From a virus (Duplodnaviria > Caudoviricetes): a stretch of DNA of 28,675 bases. The number at the start of each line of letters is the position of its first letter. Position 1 is the first letter of the stretch. This document shows, piece after piece, positions 8,789-16,570 of the stretch. Where the stretch lies: positions 1-28,675 of the IMG/VR virus record IMGVR_UViG_3300036815_000223; one strand, 5' to 3'. A model generated the notes under the pieces. The model ran no database searches, was not told the origin of the DNA, and saw only the letters and a list, made by a program, of their open reading frames with translations. Made by a program: the position numbers and the translations under genes.

Positions 8789-9268
8789 CTATATGGTCGC
8801 GGCGACGGTGCTCAGCGACCCGAGCACCGGGTCGATGATGCCGATGTTGAAATCCCATTCCAGGAAGCGGGAATCCTTTGCCCATTCGTTGGCGGGGTGC
8901 TTGGCGAAGGCCACCTGCTGGTTGGTGTACACGTCGCCGGTGATCGGGTTTGAAACCAGCAGAACGTTCTTTCCCCAGAACAGGGAGCTGGACCGCTGAA
9001 ATGTGTACATCGCGTTGAGCAGGCTGTTTGTGGGGCTGGTCTTGAGGACCCTCACCACGCCCCGACCGCTCTTGATGGCGTGGAGGCTGTGGACGATGGC
9101 ACCGTCCGCACCCTTCTGCATGCTGCCGGCGTCCTCGTCGAACTCGATCGAGATGCCCTCCTCGGCCATGGCTGCCCCCGCCCCCAGGCTAATGGTTCCG
9201 CCCGGTCCAGAGAGGGTAGCCGCCATGTCCAGGAAGGAGTAGGTGGGAAGGGGAGCTGGGTTGATCAT
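8789..9268 (-). CDS. Tail tube protein (DUF3277-like)
   Basis: TYSF.D....L.GP, GADG...HSL....SG......LKTSP.N motifs; follows the sheath; AAGGAG RBS. Confidence 0.88.
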   Translation of the reverse strand: MINPAPLPTYSFLDMAATLSGPGGTISLGAGAAMAEEGISIEFDEDAGSMQKGADGAIVHSLHAIKSGRGVVRVLKTSPTNSLLNAMYTFQRSSSLFWGKNVLLVSNPITGDVYTNQQVAFAKHPANEWAKDSRFLEWDFNIGIIDPVLGSLSTVAATI

Positions 9269-9290
9269 GTGCTTTCTCCTTTAGATTTTT

Positions 9291-9326
9291 ACTGACACAA
9301 TTAGGCTCGAGCCTAATTGTGTCAGT
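9291..9326. repeat. Perfect 36-bp palindrome overlapping the sheath stop codon
   Basis: ACTGACACAATTAGGCTC|GAGCCTAATTGTGTCAGT. Confidence 0.95.
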
Positions 9327-10842
9327 CGTTAACCGTCACGGATACATCCACCGTGTGCACGGCTCCTGACAACTTGCAGGCTACCTGGAAGGGTACGCTG
9401 ATGCGCTTGGCTCGGTTGCTGATCGACTGGGTGGCGACCGAGGGGGCGAACACATAGTAACCCTTTGGCATGTAGTCCCCGTTGTTCAGGCTGCCGATGT
9501 TCTGGCCGGTCCAGGTGCCCGGACCCAGGAGGCCATCGTTGGCAAACTGGATGCACTCGGACTCGATGGCGGTGGCCAGGACGTGCATTCCCTGGTCGGT
9601 CTGGGACACCTTCGTGGTCGTGCCGTACAGGGCGTTGAACAGGGCAATCTGGATTCCCAGCACCAGGGCGTCGATTCCCATCACGGTGTCGATGAACCAG
9701 GGGGCGCCCGCGCAGCTGATGCCCGGCTCGATGATCGCCGTACCATTGTTGAAGTTGTAGGTCACGAACACGTTGCAGTTCTTGCTCTCCAGGACATCGA
9801 TCTGGTTCTCGGTGAGCAGCTCGGGCATGACCACCGGCTCGTTCTTGTACATCAGGGTGATCACCGAGTTGTTCTGCGTGTAGTCCGTGGTCATAATACG
9901 GGCCAGCATGCTGATCACCGCGTAAAGGTCCGTGGAGCTGTACTGCACCGCGGTCCGCCGGTATCCACCCTGCTTCAGGATGTAGGCGATGTCCGTCGTG
10001 GATGACGAGCTGAGGACCCCGGCCTCCTGGGTGTTGACGCCATAGAAGTGGTAGTTGGCTGCCGCCTCGATGTAGGGGGCGATCGCCTCATGGTCCGCGT
10101 CCACCGCGCCACAAACGTACAGGCCGTACCAGGCGGTGCCGAATTGGATATCGAACAGGGTCACGCAGGCCAGGGCCGTCTCGGCCACGATGCCATTCGC
10201 CACGTAGGCCCCCGAGCTGGCGGCGGTCATGCCGAGCAGCGCGGAGATGTCCACCCCGGTCCCCTCGGGGGTCAAGAAGCTAACCGCCGAGGCGGCACCC
10301 GTGGTGGGGCTTTGAATCTCGAAGCATCCCTGGGCCGAGTTCCACACGCAGGTGGTACCGGTCAGGGCCGTGTTGAGGGCCGTCTGGATCGTGGCCGCTG
10401 CCCCCGGGAGGGTCGTGTCGGCGGTAAAGTCCAACCCGGTAATGTTGTGGGACGTCCCGTCGAGGTGCACCGTAAAGCTGCCGGTGGAGATGGCGATCAG
10501 GGCGGCCAGCAACGTGGCCTGCTGGGAGGCCGAGAACGTGGCGCCGATCAGGATACCCGCGGTAGCGGCCTGCGCCCACCGGCCGATCTTGAGCACGTTC
10601 GGCTGGGGCACCTGGCTAAACCAGCGAAGGGCCGCCAGGAACTCGGGATCGCTGTTGGAGAAGTCAGACCCGACCCCCTCAATGCTCGAGTAGGTGCGGA
10701 ACCGCTCCACCACGTCGATCACGGGGGTGCTTCCGAGAATCAGCATGTTTTCCTGGCTCTCGGCCTGAACCGCGGTGGGGGTTAAGGCCACCGAGATGTT
10801 GATTAGCCGCGAGATCGGAAGGGGCTGGGGTGAGGTCGGCAT
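9322..10842 (-). CDS. Tail sheath protein (DUF3383-like)
   Basis: 506 aa; PE..AA...FSQ.PQP..L.IGRW, TLMYK.EP, QTD.GM, GYYV.AP, R..R.S.P.Q.A.KL.GAVH motifs. Confidence 0.92.
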   Translation of the reverse strand: MPTSPQPLPISRLINISVALTPTAVQAESQENMLILGSTPVIDVVERFRTYSSIEGVGSDFSNSDPEFLAALRWFSQVPQPNVLKIGRWAQAATAGILIGATFSASQQATLLAALIAISTGSFTVHLDGTSHNITGLDFTADTTLPGAAATIQTALNTALTGTTCVWNSAQGCFEIQSPTTGAASAVSFLTPEGTGVDISALLGMTAASSGAYVANGIVAETALACVTLFDIQFGTAWYGLYVCGAVDADHEAIAPYIEAAANYHFYGVNTQEAGVLSSSSTTDIAYILKQGGYRRTAVQYSSTDLYAVISMLARIMTTDYTQNNSVITLMYKNEPVVMPELLTENQIDVLESKNCNVFVTYNFNNGTAIIEPGISCAGAPWFIDTVMGIDALVLGIQIALFNALYGTTTKVSQTDQGMHVLATAIESECIQFANDGLLGPGTWTGQNIGSLNNGDYMPKGYYVFAPSVATQSISNRAKRISVPFQVACKLSGAVHTVDVSVTVND

Positions 10843-10853
10843 GTTCTTTCTCC

Positions 10854-11477
10854 TTAAACGGCAGGTTCAACCTGAAAATTCTTGGTGTAGGCCGGCTCGT
10901 CAACCACGAGCTCAACCTCAGCGGAGTTGACCGCCCGGACAGCATAGCTTGCCTGCTGACGGCGGCGAAGGACGAAGGGTAGATCCTCGGTGTACAACCA
11001 GCGTTGGTTGCGGAGCACCGGAACCACGATCGGCTTGCCTACCTCCACCAGACCATACCCCTGGCGGGTAAGGTACTCTCGGTTCTGGGCAAGCTGCATG
11101 CCTACCGAGAACCGTTCGGAGACGGCCATGGCCTGTGGACCCTGGAAGGCGGCCCGCATGTTCAGGAGCTCATGCCGGATGACATCATGGACAATTACGT
11201 CACCCTGGAGGTCATCCCCCTCCCAGGCAAAGGTATCGGGCTCACGGTTCTCCAGGCGGATCGAACACCAGGTAGTCCCAAAGTCCGGCTCGTCGGGCGG
11301 CTCGGCCTGCCACTCGGGGCGGACCAGGGTGGGGTCGAGGCCGGTCACCCCCGCCACCATCTGCTGGATGAACCGGGCCAGGGCCTGGTCGTCCAGCTCC
11401 CCGTACACGCTGATGGGGGCCAGGAAACCCTGCTGGGTGGAATCCACGGCGATGGGAGGGATTGGGTTGGTGCTCAT
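10854..11477 (-). CDS. Tail terminator / tail completion protein
   Basis: Directly upstream of the sheath; G.TGL...LVRP.WQ..PP..P and G....QNRE.L motifs. Confidence 0.75.
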   Translation of the reverse strand: MSTNPIPPIAVDSTQQGFLAPISVYGELDDQALARFIQQMVAGVTGLDPTLVRPEWQAEPPDEPDFGTTWCSIRLENREPDTFAWEGDDLQGDVIVHDVIRHELLNMRAAFQGPQAMAVSERFSVGMQLAQNREYLTRQGYGLVEVGKPIVVPVLRNQRWLYTEDLPFVLRRRQQASYAVRAVNSAEVELVVDEPAYTKNFQVEPAV

Positions 11478-11905
11478 CGAGCCCCCTCAATCGTGACGCC
11501 CTTTGTCTCCGCACCGAGCTGAATCACCGGTTGGGCCGTGGCCATCGCGTGGGTAAACCCCGCGCCATACTGGGAGTAGTCATCCACCTTGATGACCGTA
11601 AACCGTACCCCGCGCCATTCAACCAGGTCCGCCTGGTAACGATCCCCGGTTTGCTCCTTGCTGGCGGCGCGGAAGGCAAACCGGCTTACCAGCTCGATGG
11701 TCTTGTCGGTGCTCTGGGCCTCGGGACGGCGGTCCAGCTTGTTGTCCCCCGAGGGCCACACCGCGCTCGGCACGTTCCTGAAGGGAACCTCCTCGGAGGT
11801 CCCCTCCCCAAACCCGTTCATAATCTCCCGCCGGCGGTACACGTTGACGGTATCCGCCAGCAGAACGTTAGAGATGGCCGGCAAAACGTTTATCATTGGA
11901 GCCAT
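11474..11905 (-). CDS. Head-closure / head-tail joining protein
   Basis: 143 aa; AD.V.W.G..F.V....DYS.YG.GF..A motif; neck module position. Confidence 0.72.
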   Translation of the reverse strand: MAPMINVLPAISNVLLADTVNVYRRREIMNGFGEGTSEEVPFRNVPSAVWPSGDNKLDRRPEAQSTDKTIELVSRFAFRAASKEQTGDRYQADLVEWRGVRFTVIKVDDYSQYGAGFTHAMATAQPVIQLGAETKGVTIEGAR

Positions 11906-12411
11906 CGTTCACCACCTCTTGTCCCCTTGTTCCACGGAACATTGCCCATCAATGATTTTGAGATCTTATCCCTTGTTTCTTGAGTAACTGTCTTGCCTTT
12001 CCCGCTAGATATACCGGTCCTATTCTTCGACATCTTTAGCTTTGAAGCTTCCGAGTGTTTGCGGCCCTTCATAGGGCTCACCCTCAGTTTCGCGGCATCC
12101 GATAGCTTCTTCCTGGTAAATTCTGATATTTCGGCAAGTCCCTCTCCACCCCCCGTAAGGTTGTAACCATTTGGGTATTGGGTATCAAGCTTCTTAATCC
12201 AAGCCTTTTCTTTTTCACACAAAGTATTCCAGTCGTTAGCCGAGTCAATTACCCTGATCTCAAAACTTTGAATCCCATACTTCTTAAGAGCATTCCCGAA
12301 ATATGAAGTGCTGAAGTTAAGATGGTGCCAAATTCGATTGTTGAGATTATTTCTAGTAATCCCGACATACTGTTTTCCGTCAACCCAGTTAGTAGCGAGA
12401 TAAACAATCAT
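11893..12411 (-). mobile_element. Free-standing GIY-YIG homing endonuclease with NUMOD3-like repeats
   Basis: IVY..TN...GK.YVG.T....R...H, E...I......PNGYN...GGE, then GRKHSEASK.KMS and GK....ETR.KIS.SL.G..PWNKG. AT-rich island in GC-rich surroundings; overlaps both neighbours. Confidence 0.92.
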
Positions 12412-12980
12412 GGTTTACCTCCGCCGTAGCCCTTGGTCCGTGCCCGGTCCGCCATGGCCCGGCCCTGCTGCGACTGGGTCAGGTCATCCTTGTTCATCAC
12501 CACGAAGTTGACCGCGTTGCGCATCTGGCTGGTGTCCTGAAGGGTCTTGGTACCTGTTCTCCCACGCTTGCGGCGGGCACGTAGTGTCCCAGCCGCGAGC
12601 GGGGGAGGAAGGTTCTCCCCGATCCGACCGCGGACCGCGGCCTGGGCCACCAGGCCTACCCGGCTGAGGCCGTCCCGCACCGGCCGGCCATCCAGGGCCT
12701 CGGTGGCGACCTTAGCCAGCTGATCGGTGATCTCTTCCTTCTTAGCCTCGATGCCCGACTCCATGAAGTTGCGCTGGGGAACCCCCAGGCCGTAGTTCTG
12801 CACATACCCGATCAGGGCATTCGTCGCGGCGCCCGCCTCCTCCGCCTTGCGGGGCGCGCCCTCCTCGGGAAATCCCACGGCCACGCCGAGCGTCGTCAGG
12901 TCATTAAGCTGCCTGATGAAGCTAGCGAGCTTGTCGACCGTGACGTTGACGTTCAGATTGATGTTGATCCGTGGTTTCAC
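12408..12980 (-). CDS. Neck / virion morphogenesis protein (Ne1-like)
   Basis: V.VG.P, NA.IG.V..YG...P.R.F, PPLA..T...R......K.L.DT.QMRNAV motifs. Confidence 0.8.
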   Translation of the reverse strand: MKPRININLNVNVTVDKLASFIRQLNDLTTLGVAVGFPEEGAPRKAEEAGAATNALIGYVQNYGLGVPQRNFMESGIEAKKEEITDQLAKVATEALDGRPVRDGLSRVGLVAQAAVRGRIGENLPPPLAAGTLRARRKRGRTGTKTLQDTSQMRNAVNFVVMNKDDLTQSQQGRAMADRARTKGYGGGKP

Positions 12981-13187
12981 TTAACTGGGCCTTCCAACTG
13001 GTCTGGTAGTGGAAGCCTTAAACCATGACCCAGGTTTACGGCTTCGGTTAACATAATCTTGGAGAACCGTCTTAGCTGTTTTCTCCTCCATATCAAAGGC
13101 TCGTTCTTCCCATACCGAACCATTCCACTCCCAGACCTTCCAATTAAGGTCATTTGAGTCATGAAAGTGAACATGAACGTGTCTCAT
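12981..13187 (-). CDS. Small Trp-rich hypothetical protein starting MRHVHVHFHDS (68 aa)
   Basis: ATG 13187 follows the upstream stop (TGAcATG), and its TAA abuts the next start at 12980, filling the gap exactly. AT-rich. Confidence 0.7.
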   Translation of the reverse strand: MRHVHVHFHDSNDLNWKVWEWNGSVWEERAFDMEEKTAKTVLQDYVNRSRKPGSWFKASTTRPVGRPS

Positions 13188-13188
13188 G

Positions 13189-13683
13189 TCAGTTGTTCGG
13201 CGACGGCAGGAACGCCGTCCAGGGTCCGGGCCACCCGGGGCCGTTGAAGGGTCCGGGGCACATGTCCCCGCCAAAATAAACCGGGCCGGCGCCGTATTGC
13301 CGGGCGAAGTGGATGTACCGGAGGCCGTACACCGTCAGGTTCCAGTTGCCAGCGTCCTCCTCCGTGGTGGTCGCCGTGTCGTAGCTGATCGACACCGGGC
13401 CGACCGATTCCGCGCTGATGGCCCCGCGGGTGAGGCCGGGGAGCGATCCCACGCTTACGTCCATGGTGTTGCGGACGTCGAGCACCACGTGGTGGGCCGT
13501 GAACATCTCGATGCCCAGGTAGGTCATGTCCATCCAACGGTTGGGGTCGACCATCTGGGTGGCCACCGTGAGCCAGAAGTTGATCACGTCGTCGGGGAAC
13601 AGGGCCTCGTCCTTAAACGCCTTCAGGTCACCACGAAACTTGGTGATGGTGACGGCGGACGGGTATGGGGAGGGGAAGGTCAT
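13189..13683 (-). CDS. Head-tail adaptor (DUF4054-like)
   Basis: FR.D...F.D...FPD..I.FWL, F.AH...L, S.SVG.VS.SYD, AG.WN.T.YG motifs. Confidence 0.88.
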   Translation of the reverse strand: MTFPSPYPSAVTITKFRGDLKAFKDEALFPDDVINFWLTVATQMVDPNRWMDMTYLGIEMFTAHHVVLDVRNTMDVSVGSLPGLTRGAISAESVGPVSISYDTATTTEEDAGNWNLTVYGLRYIHFARQYGAGPVYFGGDMCPGPFNGPGWPGPWTAFLPSPNN

Positions 13684-14054
13684 TTTGAGTCGGCAATGTC
13701 TGACTTACCATGAGTTGGACAGTTAACACGAAGGTCGCCATTCGGAAGTTTGACGGCAGGGCAGGTCTTGTGACATACAGGGCAAGTAGCCGTCAGGCCA
13801 CCAGCATCCCCCGTGTTCGGAAACGTGGTCTCCCCTTCGAGCTGGCCATACAGCCGTTGGTTAGCCAGGTTCAGCTCGGCCAGCGAGCTGACGCTGCCCT
13901 TGATCGGAGCATAGCTTTCTTCCATCGAGTCGCCTGACCTTTCTTTCTCCGAATAAGCGATGGCCACCGCCTGCTTTGGGTCCTTACCCGCATGCACCTC
14001 GGTGGCCACGTTATGGCTGAATGCCGACTGACTTTTCCCGGGTTCCAGGGGCAC
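13680..14054 (-). CDS. Modular small head-associated protein with C-terminal Zn-ribbon-like motif
   Basis: N-terminal MPL..GKS.....N...[13 protein letters not shown] (a small domain I recognise from phages), a scaffold-like helix, and CPVC...CPTH. Confidence 0.72.
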   Translation of the reverse strand: MPLEPGKSQSAFSHNVATEVHAGKDPKQAVAIAYSEKERSGDSMEESYAPIKGSVSSLAELNLANQRLYGQLEGETTFPNTGDAGGLTATCPVCHKTCPAVKLPNGDLRVNCPTHGKSDIADSK

Positions 14055-14061
14055 GGGAGGC

Positions 14062-14676
14062 CTATCCTTTCTGGATGGCTTCCAGGATCTCCGTGATCAG
14101 GTCATCCTTCTTGGCCACGGGATCGAGCTCCAGGTTGTAGTCCTTCTTCCCCAGGTCGACCAGCTCCGCCTTGGTCAGCTTGCCGAGGGATTCCGCCGTG
14201 ACGGCTCCGGGTTCGGAGTCGTCACCATCGTCACCATCGTCGTCTTCGTCGTCGTCCTCGAGCTCCAGGCGGTCCTTCATGTCGTCGAGGTTCTCGCCTT
14301 CCAGGGCGTGGTCGGGGAACAGGTGCTGCGCGGCGCCGGGTCCCTCGAAGAAGTCCTTGACCTTCTGGTGGAACTCTTCCTTGGTCAGGGCCGGCACCTC
14401 GGGCAGGGCCGAGGCGATCACGCCCGAGCCGTGCCGCTTGACGCCGTTGAGCTCCAGGTAGGGGTGGCTCGCCAGGCTCTCGGGGACGTCGTTCACCCCG
14501 GCCGGGAAGTGGACCCGCTTGAACTTGTCGGTGGTGAGGGTCACCTTCTTGGGGAAGACCATGGTGACGGTTTTCTCGTCGGGCGCGATCTGCTTGGGCG
14601 TGGCTGGCTTGTCGTGGGGGCCGAACTCGCGGCCCTCCCCGTTGGCGATGCTGGGGGCGAAGTTTCCTTGGGTCAT
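14062..14676 (-). CDS. Head-associated protein with acidic linker and C-terminal Rho-N/HeH-like helical domain
   Basis: Follows the MCP; F.AG..DVPE.LA.HPY module, Asp/Glu run, then L..LTKAEL..L....Y.L......KK.DLI..I. Confidence 0.7.
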   Translation of the reverse strand: MTQGNFAPSIANGEGREFGPHDKPATPKQIAPDEKTVTMVFPKKVTLTTDKFKRVHFPAGVNDVPESLASHPYLELNGVKRHGSGVIASALPEVPALTKEEFHQKVKDFFEGPGAAQHLFPDHALEGENLDDMKDRLELEDDDEDDDGDDGDDSEPGAVTAESLGKLTKAELVDLGKKDYNLELDPVAKKDDLITEILEAIQKG

Positions 14677-14747
14677 GATCTGTGTCCTCGCCCAGGACTT
14701 CCGGGTCCGTGGGCCGGTTGAATCAGTTTAGCTGGTCGAAGTGGAAA

Positions 14748-14786
14748 TTCGGTCAACTGTAAGTTAACAACTTACAGTTGATCGAA
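14748..14786. repeat. 18-bp inverted repeat (1 mismatch, 3-nt loop) overlapping the MCP stop codon; possible terminator or stabiliser
   Basis: TTCGGTCAACTGTAAGTT-aac-AACTTACAGTTGATCGAA; only TTT follows on the coding strand. Confidence 0.85.
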
Positions 14787-15833
14787 ATAACCCAAGGTTT
14801 CGGGGTAAACCACCTCGACGACTCCCAGCTTGCAGAAGTACGTCCGCTTGTGGTAGATCGAGTCGTACTGAATGGGCGTGCCCTGGAGCAGGGTCATCGG
14901 GAACCGCACCCGGTCCTTGTCCTTGGTGTACACGACCATGCGGTCATGACCGACCGTGCCGACCGTTCCGCCCGCGCCCGTCCCGATGCACCACTTGACC
15001 GGGAAGATGTCAAGCTTGCCCTTGCCGGTCGTCGCCAGGAGGTTGTTCTCCTGGATGTACTTCAGGACCGACACGTTGCCCGCCTGGGAAACCTTCTGGG
15101 TGCTGATCTGGCCGAACTGCTCCGGGGGAAGCAGGATGCGGCTGGGAACCACGGCCCAGGCCGAGGCGGCCCACACGGTGGTCAACGCGAAGTTGACGTC
15201 CGCCAGGATCTCGTCCGGGTTCTTGGTGCTCCACAGGGGAGACCCCGACCCGCCGTTGGGCAGGTTCGTGGCCGTGACCAGCGCGGAGTTGATCAGGCCG
15301 GTGAACCCCGAGGGGGTATCCCCGTAGTATACCTGCTCGTCCACGTCCATCTGGTACTTAAGCTGCATGGCCGCGTATTTTTGCTGGTCGATCGGCCGGC
15401 CCAGGCGCGCCGCGGATTCCAGCTCAAGGATGGTGTACTTGAGCTCGATACCGTAGGGCGTCAGGGGATTCGTGAGCTTCGCGAGGTCGACCGACACGCC
15501 GGTGATCTGGTCCGTGTTCTTGCCGATCCAGGCCTTACCGTTGCCGATCGTTTGACCGGTGCCAAGGCTGGAGGCCGAGTTATACGTGCTCAGCGTGAAG
15601 CTGGACACGTCATCGGCGATCGTGACGTCCTCACGGAGGTCGATGTCCCGACCCCAGCTAACCGCGGCCAGCGGTTCGTGGAGGGTTTGATCCAGGCGCT
15701 CCAGCTCGCCGACCATGAAGGCGCCGGTGGAGTCGACCGTCTTGCCGTCGTGGGTCAGGCACCGCATGCCCAGGGCCTTGCCCATGAAGTTTCCGGCGGC
15801 GTCGGTAGTTGGTCTGCTGTCAAAGGTATGCAC
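14772..15833 (-). CDS. Major capsid protein (DUF2184-like, HK97 fold)
   Basis: F..GELERLDQ.L.EPL....W.RDI.LREDV, YT..EL..A...GRP.D.QK, D.DEQVY.GD, V..VYPET..Y.D motifs; GTG start with GGAGG. Confidence 0.93.
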   Translation of the reverse strand: MHTFDSRPTTDAAGNFMGKALGMRCLTHDGKTVDSTGAFMVGELERLDQTLHEPLAAVSWGRDIDLREDVTIADDVSSFTLSTYNSASSLGTGQTIGNGKAWIGKNTDQITGVSVDLAKLTNPLTPYGIELKYTILELESAARLGRPIDQQKYAAMQLKYQMDVDEQVYYGDTPSGFTGLINSALVTATNLPNGGSGSPLWSTKNPDEILADVNFALTTVWAASAWAVVPSRILLPPEQFGQISTQKVSQAGNVSVLKYIQENNLLATTGKGKLDIFPVKWCIGTGAGGTVGTVGHDRMVVYTKDKDRVRFPMTLLQGTPIQYDSIYHKRTYFCKLGVVEVVYPETLGYFDQL

Positions 15834-15883
15834 CGTGATCGTCCTCCCTCGGTTTGAGGTAAACTACTGTTGCGGTCTCGCCG

Positions 15884-15906
15884 TTAACCGGCGGCAGGCC
15901 GGTTAA
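15884..15906. repeat. 9-bp hairpin overlapping the cement gene stop codon
   Basis: TTAACCGGC-ggcag-GCCGGTTAA. Confidence 0.7.
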
Positions 15907-16511
15907 ACGTTGAAGGCAAGCTCGCAAACGCCGTTCGCGTCGGCGGGGCTGTTGAAGTACGTCTTGTTGCTGGTCAGAGCCACCGTGTTGCCGCCACCGT
16001 TGAGGGCCTCGAAGCCGCCCACGATGTGGCCGCCACCCGCGGCGCCGATCCAGATGTAGACCGTGCCCTTCTTGGTCGGCGACTGGCCGGCCGGAACCTG
16101 GACCATGATGAACCCGCTGACCAAGCCATCGATCGGCTGCTTGGTGGGTGGGGTGCCGTTCCCGAAGCCAACCGCGCCATAGTTCGTGGCCACGGCCGTC
16201 TGGATCGGGTAGGGCCGAACCGTGATCGCGTCCACGTCCGTGATGGCATTGTCCGAGGCCAGGACCCCGCGGAGGCCGTTCGAGGCCGTGTTGATCAGGG
16301 CCGGATATCCGTACCCCACGGGTGGGTTCGTGGGGTCCACCAGGAAGGGTGGGATGTCCGCCGGATGGGTCCGGTTCACATCGCCGGGGGCGCCCGCGCC
16401 CATGCGGAAGGGGATGGCCACATCCTGGGTGAAGCGGCGGCCGACGAACCGGCCGACAGGCCGCGTCGGCCGGTTGAAGATCTTTCTCACGAGGGTGTCG
16501 AGGCTCATCAT
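15903..16511 (-). CDS. Head decoration / cement protein
   Basis: Between protease and MCP; RM..G.PG.V.R, VRPYP.Q, G.I.V, GG.EA, F..PADANG..E.AFN motifs; AAGGAG RBS. Confidence 0.8.
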   Translation of the reverse strand: MMSLDTLVRKIFNRPTRPVGRFVGRRFTQDVAIPFRMGAGAPGDVNRTHPADIPPFLVDPTNPPVGYGYPALINTASNGLRGVLASDNAITDVDAITVRPYPIQTAVATNYGAVGFGNGTPPTKQPIDGLVSGFIMVQVPAGQSPTKKGTVYIWIGAAGGGHIVGGFEALNGGGNTVALTSNKTYFNSPADANGVCELAFNV

Positions 16512-16570
16512 GTTCTTGGTTCTCCTTAGTTAGGCAGCAAGCTGCCTGAAGTTAGTTCGTCAGGCAACTA

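Noticed and set aside
12977-13174. 65-aa alternative-frame ORF, and the 97-aa extended version of 12981-13274
   Set aside because: The ATG 13187 version fills the gap exactly; the 97-aa extension overlaps the adaptor gene and the 65-aa frame has no supporting feature.
14218-14260. Short tandem GTC/ATC repeats
   Set aside because: Explained by the Asp-rich linker; not a CRISPR array or contingency locus.
14676-14774. Stop-codon readthrough joining MCP to the next gene
   Set aside because: The next gene is out of frame (95-nt offset) and I see no slippery site at the MCP end.
14778-15857. Long plus-strand ORFs antisense to structural genes (also 5870-6643, 6746-7477, 10048-10785, 16605-17351, 21038-21946, 24630-25292)
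   Set aside because: Shadow ORFs expected from GC-rich codon bias; no recognisable motifs, and they fully overlap well-supported genes.
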